64,000 nt of DNA from positions 117,659 to 181,658 of the forward strand of contig VMTA01000018.1 of NCBI GenBank assembly GCA_013791855.1. The letters run 5' to 3'. Below the pieces are notes generated by a model. The model did not search any database and was not told the origin of the DNA. It worked only from the letters and a program-made list of their open reading frames with translations. Positions 27,052-37,184 of this stretch are shown here, one piece after another. Numbering within the stretch: position 1 is the first letter of the stretch; every line of letters begins with the position of its first letter. The translations under genes were made by a program, and so were the position numbers. Origin of the DNA: Sideroxydans sp. Lineage in GTDB: Bacteria; Pseudomonadota; Gammaproteobacteria; Burkholderiales; Gallionellaceae.

Positions 27052-27134
27052 CTTTTAATGTCGTCGGCGCAAAAGCGCGGCGCTCCTGATAGAATGCGCC
27101 GCGCTCATGAACTAAATAAATGCAAGGAAAACCA

Positions 27135-28079
27135 ATGATTCAGGCTACGTTCACTCCTCCATCCCGTCTGGTGATCGCCTCGCGCGAAAGCGCGCTGGCC
27201 ATGTGGCAGGCTGAACATATACGGGACAGACTGCGCGCATTATACCCGCAAACCACTGTCGAGATTCTCGGCATGACCACGCAGGGCGACCAGATCCTGG
27301 ACGTCACCTTGTCAAAGATCGGCGGCAAGGGCTTGTTTGTGAAGGAATTAGAGACGGCGCTTGAGAACGGCAGCGCCGACATCGCGGTGCATTCGCTGAA
27401 GGATGTGCCGATGAACCTGCCGCAAGGCTTTGCGCTGGCCTGCATCGGCGAGCGTGAAGATCCGCGCGACGCATTCGTTTCCAACGATTTCGACAGCCTG
27501 CAATCCCTGCCGCCCGGCAGCGTGGTCGGTACCTCCAGCCTGCGCCGCGAAAGCCAGTTGCGCGCGCGCTTTCCGCACCTGAAGATCGAGCCGCTACGCG
27601 GCAACGTGCAGACCCGCTTGCGCAAGCTGGACGAGGGCCAATATGCCGCCATCATCCTGGCCGCCGCCGGTCTCAAGCGTCTGGGCCTGGGCGCGCGTAT
27701 CCGCAACGAGATATCCAGCGAAGACAGTCTGCCCGCTGTGGGGCAGGGAGCTCTCGGCATCGAGACCCGCGCCGACCGCGCCGACCTGAAAGCAGTCCTC
27801 GCTCCGCTGCATCATGCCGACACCGCCGCCTGCGTGTTTGCCGAACGCGCCATGAGTCGCGCCCTGGCAGGCAGCTGCTCCGTGCCACTGGGCGGCTTTG
27901 CCGAAGTACGGGACGGCAAGCTGCGCATGCGCGGCTTCGTCGCCACACCGGATGGTTCGCGACTGCTGCGTGCCGAACACATCGGTGACATCGCCCAACC
28001 CGAAGCGCTGGGTGATCTCGTGGCGCAAGACCTGCTCAAGCAGGGTGCGGGCGAGATCCTTGCCGCCCTGAATGGCTGA
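27135..28079 (+). CDS. hemC: Porphobilinogen deaminase
   Basis: [48 protein letters not shown]. Confidence 0.97.
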   Translation: MIQATFTPPSRLVIASRESALAMWQAEHIRDRLRALYPQTTVEILGMTTQGDQILDVTLSKIGGKGLFVKELETALENGSADIAVHSLKDVPMNLPQGFALACIGEREDPRDAFVSNDFDSLQSLPPGSVVGTSSLRRESQLRARFPHLKIEPLRGNVQTRLRKLDEGQYAAIILAAAGLKRLGLGARIRNEISSEDSLPAVGQGALGIETRADRADLKAVLAPLHHADTAACVFAERAMSRALAGSCSVPLGGFAEVRDGKLRMRGFVATPDGSRLLRAEHIGDIAQPEALGDLVAQDLLKQGAGEILAALNG

Positions 28080-28830
28080 CAGGCCTCTCGCCGGATTGAC
28101 CATCGTCGTCACGCGCCCGCGTGATCAGGCGCACGGATTGGCGGCAAGTCTTCAGGCGCTCGGCGCCGATCCGCTCATGCTGCCCCTGCTGGAGATCGCA
28201 CCGGCACCAGACCTGGCAGCGCTGCAGGCTTTCGTGCAACGCGCTGCCGGCTATCAACTACTCATCTTCATCAGCCCGAACGCTGTTAGTTATGGCATGG
28301 CTGCGCTGCATTGCATCCCGGCGGGGGTGCGTGTCGCCGCCGTAGGCCAGGGAACAGCCAAGGCTTTGCGCAAACAGCAAGTCGAACAAGTGATCGTGCC
28401 GGGCGAGCGTTTTGATAGTGAAGGCTTGCTGGCCTTGCCCGAATTGCAACAGGTGAAAGGCTGGCGTATCGCCATCATGCGTGGCGACGGCGGACGCGAA
28501 CTGCTGGGCGAGACGCTTGCATCGCGCGGCGCACAGGTCGAGTATGTGACCTGCTATCAGCGCCGCAAGGCCGAGCTGGATGCTGAAGTCTGGCTGGCCG
28601 CACAGCCCGATGTCATCACCGTGACCAGCAGTGAAGCACTGGCGCACCTGTGGCAGGGGCTGGGCGAGACTGCATCCACGCTGGCGCGGACTGCGACCTT
28701 GTTCGTGGCGCACCCGCGTATCGCCGAGATCGCACAATCGCAAGGCTGGCGGCAAGTGGTCACAGCGGCAGCCGGAGATGACGGGATGTGCGCGGGTTTG
28801 GTAGCATGGGCCGCACAGCACAGAAAGTGA
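28072..28830 (+). CDS. hemD: Uroporphyrinogen-III synthase
   Basis: [36 protein letters not shown]. Confidence 0.93.
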   Translation: MADRPLAGLTIVVTRPRDQAHGLAASLQALGADPLMLPLLEIAPAPDLAALQAFVQRAAGYQLLIFISPNAVSYGMAALHCIPAGVRVAAVGQGTAKALRKQQVEQVIVPGERFDSEGLLALPELQQVKGWRIAIMRGDGGRELLGETLASRGAQVEYVTCYQRRKAELDAEVWLAAQPDVITVTSSEALAHLWQGLGETASTLARTATLFVAHPRIAEIAQSQGWRQVVTAAAGDDGMCAGLVAWAAQHRK

Positions 28831-28837
28831 GTCGAGC

Positions 28838-29923
28838 ATGAGCGAAGAGACAGCATCCAATACGACCCCCACCCCGCAAGATAAAGGGATAGAGCCTCCT
28901 CGCGCCGCGCATGAGAGTCGTGTGACTTCGGTGGTGTCGCGCATGTCGCTCACCCAGCTCACGCTGGTGGCGCTGGCGGCGATCTTTATCTGGCAATGGC
29001 TGGATGCGCATAACCGCATCAATCAGCTGCAGGAGGTGGTCGCGCAGCGCTTGACTGAAGTGTCGGGCAGCAATCAGGCGAACCAGACCCTGCTGGCGCA
29101 AAGTCAGGAACAGGTGCGCGACCTCGGCGGCAAACTGAGTCTGCTGGAGAATCGCTTTGCCGAGACACAGGCACAGCGTGCGGTGCTCGATGCGCTCTAT
29201 CAGGACCTCTCCAGCAATCGCGATGTCGGCGTGCTGGCGGATGTCGAACAGGCGCTGCTGGTGGCGGACCAGCAGTTGCAGCTATCCACCAATGTTAAAG
29301 CGGCATTGATCGCCATGCAGAATGCGGAAAGCCGTTTGCAGCGTCTGGACAGGCCGGGTCTGTCCGAGCTGCGCAAGCGTATCTTGCGCGACGTCGAACA
29401 GCTGCGCGCGCTGCCGGAGGTCGACCTGCCGGAATTGAACAAGCAACTGGAAGGCATCATCATCGCGGTGGACAAATTGCCGCTGGCGCAGGATGTGCGC
29501 CCGCCTGCCAAGGCGAAAGCGGTCGCGGCTGAGCCGGTGGAGGGGAATATGTGGCAACGTTTCTGGCATGAGTTGTGGCAGGAGTTGCGCCAGCTCATAC
29601 GCATCGAAGATACCCGCCAGCAGGAATTGCCGCTGCTGTCACCCGAGCAGTCCTTCTTCATGCGCGAGAACGTGAAGCTGCGTTTGCTGACGGCCAAACT
29701 GGCCATGATGACGCACGATCAGAACGGCTTCCGTCGCGAGCTGAAGACCGTGCAAGTGTGGGTGAACCGCTATTGCGATAACACGGCGCGCAGCACGCAA
29801 CAGGTGCTGGAAGGTGTGCAGAAACTGTCTGCCGCTACTATCGCCGTCGACGTGCCGGATATCAGCCCCACGCTGGATGCCGTGCGCAACTATCGCGCCG
29901 CACAGGAGCGGAGCGCGAAATGA
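28838..29923 (+). CDS. hemX: HemX family membrane protein
   Basis: Single TM plus coiled coil, LLSPEQSFFMRENVKLRL; position in hemCDXY. Confidence 0.88.
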   Translation: MSEETASNTTPTPQDKGIEPPRAAHESRVTSVVSRMSLTQLTLVALAAIFIWQWLDAHNRINQLQEVVAQRLTEVSGSNQANQTLLAQSQEQVRDLGGKLSLLENRFAETQAQRAVLDALYQDLSSNRDVGVLADVEQALLVADQQLQLSTNVKAALIAMQNAESRLQRLDRPGLSELRKRILRDVEQLRALPEVDLPELNKQLEGIIIAVDKLPLAQDVRPPAKAKAVAAEPVEGNMWQRFWHELWQELRQLIRIEDTRQQELPLLSPEQSFFMRENVKLRLLTAKLAMMTHDQNGFRRELKTVQVWVNRYCDNTARSTQQVLEGVQKLSAATIAVDVPDISPTLDAVRNYRAAQERSAK

Positions 29924-31113
29924 GATTCCTCTTCTGGTTGCTGGCATTGTTTGCGGTGGCGGCCGGATTCGCTGTGTTCGCCCGCAATCCCGGCTATGTG
30001 TTGCTGGTCTACGCCCCCTGGCGCATAGAGCTTTCGCTCACCATGTTCATACTGGCGCAACTGCTATTACTGGTGGGCGCATATATGTCATTGCGCCTGC
30101 TGCTCGGTGCACTGACCTTGCCGGACTTTGTGCGCCGCTTCCGTGCCGAACGCGCGCAGAAGAATGGGCGTGAAGCCATGCTGGCAGCATTGACCGCCTA
30201 TTTCGAGGGACGTTTCGCCGTGGCGGAAAAAGAAGCGGAGCGCGCGATAGCACTCGGCGAGAGTACCTCGCTCAACGCCATCCTGGCGGCGCGTGCCGCG
30301 AACGAATTACGCCAGTTCGACAAACGGGATGCGCACTTGCGTTCGGCCCAGGGCAAGTCGCCCGGCGACGATACGCTGCGGCTGATGGCGCAGGCGCAGT
30401 TCGATCTGGAGCAGCGCCAGCCGCAAAAAGCGCTCGGCGCCCTGAAGGCTTTGCCGGGCAACGCACAACGCAAACATGTCGGTGCGCTGACACTGGAACT
30501 GAAAGCGCAACAACAGGCGCGCAACTGGGATGCGGTGCTGGAAGTCGCCAACCAACTTGAGAAACGCAACGACTCGCATCGCCCTATGGCCGAGCAGATG
30601 CGGCAGCAGGCCTGGCTGGAGAAGCTGCGCGCCTGTGCGGAAGACGGCAAATCGCTGCGCGCGGTGTGGAAGAGTATGCCGGGCGAATACAAGCATCTAC
30701 CGCGCATCGCTGCCGAAGCGGCACGTACCTTCATGCGTCTGGGTGAATGCGCGATGTCGCGCAAATTACTGGCCGAGACACTGAACGCGGAATGGGATAG
30801 CGGGCTGGTCGCGCTATACGGGGATTGCCGCGAAGGCAGTGTGGTCGCGCAGATTGAGCAGGCCGAGGAATGGTTGAAAGAACACCACGACGATGCAGGT
30901 CTGATGCTGACACTGGGCAAGCTGTGCCTGCATCAGGAGCTATGGGGCAAGGCGCAAAGCTATCTGGATGCCAGCATCAGTCTGCAACCCAGCCGCGATG
31001 CCTACACGGCTCTGGCGCATCTGGCGGAAAAACAGAAAAAGCCGGATGACGCCTTCAAGTACTACCAGCTGGCTACGCAGCTGGCGGAGCCGGGCTCTTC
31101 GGCGCGAAAGTGA
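29920..31113 (+). CDS. hemY: HemY family TPR membrane protein
   Basis: GYVLLVYAPWRIELSL N-terminus, TPR-like repeats; position. Confidence 0.88.
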   Translation: MRFLFWLLALFAVAAGFAVFARNPGYVLLVYAPWRIELSLTMFILAQLLLLVGAYMSLRLLLGALTLPDFVRRFRAERAQKNGREAMLAALTAYFEGRFAVAEKEAERAIALGESTSLNAILAARAANELRQFDKRDAHLRSAQGKSPGDDTLRLMAQAQFDLEQRQPQKALGALKALPGNAQRKHVGALTLELKAQQQARNWDAVLEVANQLEKRNDSHRPMAEQMRQQAWLEKLRACAEDGKSLRAVWKSMPGEYKHLPRIAAEAARTFMRLGECAMSRKLLAETLNAEWDSGLVALYGDCREGSVVAQIEQAEEWLKEHHDDAGLMLTLGKLCLHQELWGKAQSYLDASISLQPSRDAYTALAHLAEKQKKPDDAFKYYQLATQLAEPGSSARK

Positions 31114-32092
31114 ACGCGTCGGAATAGAAGGCACTGTTCGGCAGACCGCGCTGCGCAGTGAAATCGCGGTGGGCCGCTTCCACCACCACCGGCGCACCGC
31201 AGGCATACACATCGTAGCCGGACAGATCGGCGAAATCCTCCAGTACCGCCTGATGCACGAAGCCGCCACGTCCTTCCCAGGCTTCATCGGAAACCACCGC
31301 CGTGAACTTGATGCCATGCGCTTCCCATGCACGGATCTTGTCCAGCATGTACAGGTCGGCGGCTTTGCGCACGCCCCAGTACAGATGCATCTCGCGCTTG
31401 AAGCCGATCTTGATCGCATGTTCGACGATGGCTTTCACCGGCGCGAAACCCGTGCCGCTGGCCACGAACAGAATCGGTTTCTCTGAATCCTCGCGCAGGA
31501 AGAAGGTGCCGAGCGGGCCCTTGATGCGCAGGATGTCGCGCTCCTTCATGGTTTTGAACACATGCTCGGTGAATGTGCCGCCGGGAATGTAGCGCACGTG
31601 CAGTTCCAGCAGGCCGTCGTCATGCGGCGCATTGGCCAGCGAGAAGCTGCGCGGCTTGTCGTCTTTCTGCAGGATGTCGATGTATTGGCCGGCGAGGAAC
31701 TGCAAGCGCTCATTGGCAGGCAGCTTGAGGAAGATCGCCATCACATCGTCGGCCAGTTTCTCCATCTTCTCCACGCGGCACGGCAGCATCTTCACCGGGA
31801 TGTCCTGCGCGCGCGTCACCTCGTGACTTTCTATCACCACGTCGGACAAAGGTTTGGCGCAGCAGAACAGCGCCATGCCCTCGGCCTTCTCTTCATCGGT
31901 AAGTGCGTAAGACTGATGGTCACCGAAATCGACTTTTCCTTCCAAAACCTTGCCTTTGCAAACGCCGCATGCACCGTTGCGACAGCTATACGGCAGCACC
32001 AAGCCATGCTCCAGTGCAGCCTCCAGGATGGTCTCGCCTTCCGCAACGGGAAAGGTGTGCTGGCTGGGTTGTATCGTGGTCTTGAAGCTCAT
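31073..32092 (-). CDS. 2Fe-2S ferredoxin/FAD/NAD(P)H oxidoreductase (CDP-6-deoxy-delta-3,4-glucoseen reductase-like)
   Basis: CRNGACGVC..C 2Fe-2S motif, RSFSLAN, GPLGTF, ASGTGFAP, YACG. Confidence 0.9.
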   Translation of the reverse strand: MSFKTTIQPSQHTFPVAEGETILEAALEHGLVLPYSCRNGACGVCKGKVLEGKVDFGDHQSYALTDEEKAEGMALFCCAKPLSDVVIESHEVTRAQDIPVKMLPCRVEKMEKLADDVMAIFLKLPANERLQFLAGQYIDILQKDDKPRSFSLANAPHDDGLLELHVRYIPGGTFTEHVFKTMKERDILRIKGPLGTFFLREDSEKPILFVASGTGFAPVKAIVEHAIKIGFKREMHLYWGVRKAADLYMLDKIRAWEAHGIKFTAVVSDEAWEGRGGFVHQAVLEDFADLSGYDVYACGAPVVVEAAHRDFTAQRGLPNSAFYSDAFTFAPKSPAPPAA

Positions 32093-32144
32093 GGGGCGCA
32101 TTCCGGTTTGAATAAAGGGCGCGATTTTAACGCATAATCACCCA

Positions 32145-33002
32145 ATGACTAATCTGCTCCTTGTTGGAAGCGGGGATATCGCGCGGCGTCTGTTGCCTTT
32201 GCTGCGCGGCCACTACCGCCTCTACGCGCTTTTTCGTGACCCAAAGAAAATCGCCGACTGGCGGTCGGCTGGTGTGACACCACTGCTTGCCGATCTCGAC
32301 GATAGGCCAAGTCTGGCGCGTATCGGCGGTTTGGCGGATATCGTGATCCATCTTGCCCCGCCGCTGCCGGGCGGCAGTCGCGACACGCGCACCACGCATT
32401 TGCTGGCAGCCTTGTCGCAAGGAAGATCGCCGCAGCGCTTCATCTATATCAGCACCAGCGGCGTGTATGGCGATTGCGGTGGGGGGGCAGTAGACGAGAC
32501 GCGCCGCCTTGCGCCACAGAGTGCGCGGGCAGCTTTGCGTGTGAACGCCGAGCAGCAAGTGCGCAACTGGGCACGCCGCAACGGCGTGCGCGCCAGCATC
32601 CTGCGTGTGCCCGGCATCTATGCAAGTGAACGCCTGCCGCTAGAAAGATTGCGCTCGGGGGCGCCCTCGATCATTGCCGCAGAAGACAGCTACTCCAACC
32701 ACATCCACGCCGACGATCTGGCGCGCATCATCGCCGCCGCATTGCGCTACGGCAAAAGCAATCGCGTGTATCACGCGGTGGATGACGACGAGATGAAGAT
32801 GGGGGATTATTTTGACCGGGTGGCAGATGCTTACGGTCTGCCGCGGCCGCCACGGATGGCACGAGACGAAGTGCAGCGAATGGTGTCGCCGGGGATGTGG
32901 TCGTTCATGGCGGAGTCCAGGCGGCTGAGCAACGACAGGTTGAAGCGGGAGTTGAAGGTGAAGTTGTTGTATCCGACGGTTGGGGATGCGCTGGAAAAAT
33001 AA
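32145..33002 (+). CDS. NAD-dependent epimerase/dehydratase (extended SDR)
   Basis: GSGDIA, YISTSGVYGDCGG, LRVPGIY, NHIHADDLA. Confidence 0.88.
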   Translation: MTNLLLVGSGDIARRLLPLLRGHYRLYALFRDPKKIADWRSAGVTPLLADLDDRPSLARIGGLADIVIHLAPPLPGGSRDTRTTHLLAALSQGRSPQRFIYISTSGVYGDCGGGAVDETRRLAPQSARAALRVNAEQQVRNWARRNGVRASILRVPGIYASERLPLERLRSGAPSIIAAEDSYSNHIHADDLARIIAAALRYGKSNRVYHAVDDDEMKMGDYFDRVADAYGLPRPPRMARDEVQRMVSPGMWSFMAESRRLSNDRLKRELKVKLLYPTVGDALEK

Positions 33003-33020
33003 TTTAAGCACAAGGAGTGC

Positions 33021-33620
33021 TTACTCGCCCCACTTCTCCATCAAAGTCTGTTCCACCCCCAGATGATCCAGTATCCGCGCCACCACGAAATCGACCATCG
33101 CCTGCACGTTCTGCGGATGATGATAGAAACCGGGATTGGGCGGCATGATCACCGCACCGGCATGCGCCAGTTTGAGCATGTTCTCCAGATGGATGACGGA
33201 GAAGGGCATCTCTCTGGGAGCGAGGATGAGGGTGCGTTTTTCTTTGAGCATCACATCGGCCGCGCGGCAGATGAGGTCGTCGCTGATGCCGCTGGCGATC
33301 TTGCCCAGCGTACCCATGGTGCAGGGACAGACCACCATGCCGTCGCCGGGGTTGGAACCGGAAGCCATGGGGGCGTACCAGTCCTGGATACCGAATACTT
33401 TTAGCTCGCCGCTGAATGTGCCCAAGCGTTCCTTGAGCATCTGCTCGGCATCCTGCGGACGGCTGGGCAGGGTGAAGTCCAGTTCCTGTTTGGCGACGAT
33501 CTGTGCGGCTTGTGAGTAAACGAGGTGCACGCGCTGTCCACCTTGCAGCAGGCATTCGAGCAGACGCATGCCATAGGGCAGGCCGGAGGCGCCGGTAAAG
33601 GCGAGGGTGATGGTCTTCAT
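33021..33620 (-). CDS. ubiX: Flavin prenyltransferase
   Basis: TGASG..YG, ASGS, PCTMGTL, RAADVMLKE.R, PREMP. Confidence 0.93.
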   Translation of the reverse strand: MKTITLAFTGASGLPYGMRLLECLLQGGQRVHLVYSQAAQIVAKQELDFTLPSRPQDAEQMLKERLGTFSGELKVFGIQDWYAPMASGSNPGDGMVVCPCTMGTLGKIASGISDDLICRAADVMLKEKRTLILAPREMPFSVIHLENMLKLAHAGAVIMPPNPGFYHHPQNVQAMVDFVVARILDHLGVEQTLMEKWGE

Positions 33621-34195
33621 GACTGGCTTCCTGATACTTGTTTGCCATCATTATCCATGAATCGCGCCGCGACCAATCCGTTCACAGTACCGAACACCAG
33701 TGCCGCGGTGGCGAAGATGGGGATGAGGTAGGCGATGCCGCTGTGTGGGATGAGCCACAGGTAGACCACCGTCATCTGTCCGATGATGTGTGCGAAGGAG
33801 GCGAGCACACTATGGGTGACGGGGCCGAACAAGCGTTGCGGCAGGTGCATGGCGAGGGCGAGTACGGTCAGGCTGCACAGTGCGCCGCTCAAACTCAGAA
33901 AGAATCCGGGCGCAAGGAAGTTGCCGAACAGCAGGCTGCCGGCGACTACGCGCAGCAACGATACCCAGACCGCCGCACGCCAGCCGAATCGGGCCAGCAC
34001 GATGAGGGTGATAATGTTGGCCAGCCCCGGTTTGACGCCGGGCAAGGGCGAGGGGATGGCGTTCTCCAGCACGGTGAGTCCGAGCGCGACCGCAGCCATC
34101 TTGGCGAGGTGGTGGTCATCGACGGTGGTGTTCAGCAGGATTCTGGAATTCCGCTGCTCCCCTGAATCCTGCTTGTCAGTAGTTGAGGCTGTCAT
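33617..34195 (-). CDS. Gx transporter / heptaprenyl diphosphate synthase component I family membrane protein
   Basis: ENAIPSPLPGVKPGLANIITL...SLLRV...F.LSLSG...S...H..GQ. Confidence 0.85.
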   Translation of the reverse strand: MTASTTDKQDSGEQRNSRILLNTTVDDHHLAKMAAVALGLTVLENAIPSPLPGVKPGLANIITLIVLARFGWRAAVWVSLLRVVAGSLLFGNFLAPGFFLSLSGALCSLTVLALAMHLPQRLFGPVTHSVLASFAHIIGQMTVVYLWLIPHSGIAYLIPIFATAALVFGTVNGLVAARFMDNDGKQVSGSQS

Positions 34196-34571
34196 ATTTC
34201 TTCTGCCCGCCCGTCAGTTCCACGCTGACCTCGTTCGGCAGGCATATCGCTATCTCTCCAGATCGCTCCAGCCAACCCTGACGCACGCAATACTGTCTTG
34301 GGCTGGGGTCGCTGCTGATGCGCGCTTTGCCTTTTTCGATGGTGATGATGCTGGTGCCGAGCGGGCCGGGCACTCCGATATGCTGGTCGCGCGAGAGCGG
34401 GACTGCGCTGAATATCTTGCCGCCGCTACGGATGACGGCGGTGTCGGCGAGGCCGCCGTTCCAGACTTGGTTGCTGAGCAGGATGATGCAGAGTCCGCCA
34501 GCCAGCAGGGTGAGCCAGTCGCCCGGTCTCAGATCACGCAGGAAGGCGGCGGGCGGCTCATGAGAGTTCAC
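34176..34571 (-). CDS. NusG domain II (DUF1312-like) membrane-anchored protein
   Basis: GD...TM...GPLG...I.I..GKARI...[12 protein letters not shown]...GE.AICLPN.V; GTG start approximate. Confidence 0.8.
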   Translation of the reverse strand: MNSHEPPAAFLRDLRPGDWLTLLAGGLCIILLSNQVWNGGLADTAVIRSGGKIFSAVPLSRDQHIGVPGPLGTSIITIEKGKARISSDPSPRQYCVRQGWLERSGEIAICLPNEVSVELTGGQKKYDSLNY

Positions 34572-35394
34572 GGTGGCGCACCAACACCTGCTGCTGTGAG
34601 TGGAAGTGGCGGGCAAGGCGCTCGGACAGATAAACCGAGCGGTGTTGTCCGCCGGTGCAGCCGATGGCGACGGTCAGATAACTGCGGTTGTCGGCGATGT
34701 AGTTGGGCAACCAGTCCTCTACGAAGTGGCGGATGTCGTCATACATCTTGTCGACCATAGCCGTGTTCTGCAGGAACTCGATCACCGGCGCATCGCGTCC
34801 GGTCAACGGGCGCAGCACGGGGTCGTAGTGCGGGTTGGGCAAGCAACGTACGTCGAACACCAGGTCGGCATCCAGCGGGATACCGTGCTTGAAGCCGAAC
34901 GACTGGAACAGCAAAGTGAGGCGCGCGCGGTCGAGCCGGATGAATTGCTTGACCCAGGCGCGCAGGGCATTGGCCCCCAGTTCGCTGGTGTCGATGCGAT
35001 GGCCTATGCTGGCGATGCGGGTCAACAGTTCGCGTTCGTAGGCTACACATTCCGGCAGCGTGCGCACACCATCATTTAGCGGGTGCAGGCGACGTGTTTC
35101 GGAGAATCGTTTTACAAGTGTGTCGGTCTGCGCATCGAGGAACAGCAGGTGCACATCCAGCCCTTGCGATTTGAGCGAATCGATGTGTTGCGGCAACGAC
35201 TGCACGCTGCCGCCGCTGCGCACGTCAACGCTGACGCCGACGCGGGTGTTGCCGCTGTCGCGCAGATTCAGTATCAGGGCTGGCAGCAATTCGGCGGGCA
35301 GGTTGTCCACGCAATAGAAGCCGGCATCTTCGAGGGTCTTGAGTGCGACGCTCTTGCCCGAGCCGGACAGGCCGCTGATCAGAATAAGCTGCAT
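34558..35394 (-). CDS. rapZ: RNase adapter protein
   Basis: [54 protein letters not shown]. Confidence 0.95.
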   Translation of the reverse strand: MQLILISGLSGSGKSVALKTLEDAGFYCVDNLPAELLPALILNLRDSGNTRVGVSVDVRSGGSVQSLPQHIDSLKSQGLDVHLLFLDAQTDTLVKRFSETRRLHPLNDGVRTLPECVAYERELLTRIASIGHRIDTSELGANALRAWVKQFIRLDRARLTLLFQSFGFKHGIPLDADLVFDVRCLPNPHYDPVLRPLTGRDAPVIEFLQNTAMVDKMYDDIRHFVEDWLPNYIADNRSYLTVAIGCTGGQHRSVYLSERLARHFHSQQQVLVRHRELS

Positions 35395-35397
35395 GGC

Positions 35398-36330
35398 TCA
35401 GTCTCCGGAGAGTTGCTGTTCCTGTCGCGAGATGAATTCCTGCATGGTGTCGATACCGCGCTGTTGCAACACGAAGTTGCGCGCGGCGGCTTCGACCAGT
35501 ACGGCGAGGTTGCGTCCGGCCAGCACCGGGATCTCCACCTTGCTGATGGTGACGCCGAGTATGTCTTCCTGGCCGGACTGGGGGAGTCGATCAAGTTTTG
35601 ACAGGTCGTCATGGGGCGGGCGATACAGATGCACGATGAGTTTGAGGCTCTTTTTGCGGCGCACGGCCGTCTCGCCGAACATGGTGCGGATATTCAGTAT
35701 GCCCAGCCCGCGCACTTCAAGCAGGTCGCGCAGCAGGTCGGGGCAGCGGCCTTCCAGTGCCTCGGGTGAGATGCGGAACAGGTCGACGATGTCATCGGCG
35801 ACCAGACCGTTGCCACGGGTGATCAGTTCCAGTGCCAGTTCGCTCTTGCCCACACCGCTGTCGCCCGTGATCATCACGCCGACGCCAAGAACGTCCAGGA
35901 ACACGCCGTGGCGCGAAGCGGAATCGGCCAGAGCCTTGACCATGTAGTGGCGCACCATCCACATCAGATGCACGCTGCCCAGTGGTGAATGGAACAGTGG
36001 TGTCTCGGTACGGTTGGCGAACTCGATCAGACCTTTGGGGATCTCGGTCTCGCCGGCGACGATCAGGCACGAAGGTTTCTGCCGGTCCAGTGCGGCGAGC
36101 GAGGTTGCCAGATCGGCAGGGGAGAGGTCATGCAGGTAATCCAGTTCGGTGTTGCTCAACACCTGTATCCAGTTCGGATGGACCAGGTTCAGGTGGCCGA
36201 TCAGCCCCCAGTTGGAGGCGCTGACGGCTTCACTCTCGAGTGTGCGTTCAGAGCCGTCACCGGCGACCCAGGTGAGCCCGAGGCGTTCCTGTTTGTCGCG
36301 GAACAGCTGACGGATATTGACCTGGGCCAC
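35398..36330 (-). CDS. hprK: HPr kinase/phosphorylase
   Basis: HGVFLDVLGVGVMITGDSGVGKSELALELI.RG..LVADD, LEVRGLG; GTG start. Confidence 0.95.
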   Translation of the reverse strand: MAQVNIRQLFRDKQERLGLTWVAGDGSERTLESEAVSASNWGLIGHLNLVHPNWIQVLSNTELDYLHDLSPADLATSLAALDRQKPSCLIVAGETEIPKGLIEFANRTETPLFHSPLGSVHLMWMVRHYMVKALADSASRHGVFLDVLGVGVMITGDSGVGKSELALELITRGNGLVADDIVDLFRISPEALEGRCPDLLRDLLEVRGLGILNIRTMFGETAVRRKKSLKLIVHLYRPPHDDLSKLDRLPQSGQEDILGVTISKVEIPVLAGRNLAVLVEAAARNFVLQQRGIDTMQEFISRQEQQLSGD

Positions 36331-36336
36331 GGCGGA

Positions 36337-36792
36337 TCAGGCGTTCCAGTCGTTGAACAACTGATGCATCTCGGTCGGGTCGTCGGTCGCTTCCAGACGA
36401 TCACGGAACGATTGTTCGCTGAACATCTGGGCCAATTCGCCCAGTATCTGCAGGTGCAGGTCAGTGGCGCGCTCGGGCACCAGCAACACGAAGATGAATT
36501 TAACCGGTAGACCATCCGGTGCATCGAACGGGATGGGGGTTTGCATCTTGACGAAGGCGGCTGCCGCGTCGCGTAGGCCCTTGACGCGACCATGCGGGAT
36601 CGCCACGCCTTGCCCCAGTCCGGTGGAGCCCAGTTTCTCGCGGGCGAACAGGCTGTCGAACACCTGACTGCGCGCGATGCCCAGCGTATTCTCGAACAGG
36701 ATGCCCACGTGTTCGAAGACGCGTTTCTTGCTGGCGGACTCGCTGTCCAGCATCACGCAGTCGGGGGCCAAAATCTTGCTGATTAGACTCAT
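36337..36792 (-). CDS. ptsN: PTS IIA(Ntr)
   Basis: REKLGSTGLGQGVAIPHGR. Confidence 0.93.
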   Translation of the reverse strand: MSLISKILAPDCVMLDSESASKKRVFEHVGILFENTLGIARSQVFDSLFAREKLGSTGLGQGVAIPHGRVKGLRDAAAAFVKMQTPIPFDAPDGLPVKFIFVLLVPERATDLHLQILGELAQMFSEQSFRDRLEATDDPTEMHQLFNDWNA

Positions 36793-36843
36793 GCTGATTC
36801 ACCAAATTAAAACGAGGCAGCGTTTGTCGCTGCCCCGTTCGGT

Positions 36844-37167
36844 TTACTCTGCTGCTTGATGTTTGCCCGAATCGTCATGGCGACGTGCTTCGAACTTCTC
36901 CTTGTGCTTCAGTACCTGACGATCCAGTGAATCGATCAGGGCGTCGATAGCGACGTACAGGTTGCCGTCTTCGGACTCTGCAAATAGCGTCTTGCCGCTG
37001 ATGTTGAGCGTGGCTTCGGCTTTCTGCTGCAGTTTTTCGACGGAGAGGATGACGTTCACGTCGATCACATTGTCGAAATGGCGTTTGACCTTGTCCAGTT
37101 TGCCGATCACATGTTCGCGGATCGCAGGAGTGATCTCCATGTGGCGTCCTGTGAGATTGAGGTTCAT
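36844..37167 (-). CDS. hpf: Ribosome hibernation promoting factor
   Basis: MNLNLTGRHMEITPAIRE...LYVAID..ID.LDRQV.KHK. Confidence 0.93.
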   Translation of the reverse strand: MNLNLTGRHMEITPAIREHVIGKLDKVKRHFDNVIDVNVILSVEKLQQKAEATLNISGKTLFAESEDGNLYVAIDALIDSLDRQVLKHKEKFEARRHDDSGKHQAAE

Positions 37168-37184
37168 AGCCTGCTCCTTTATGG

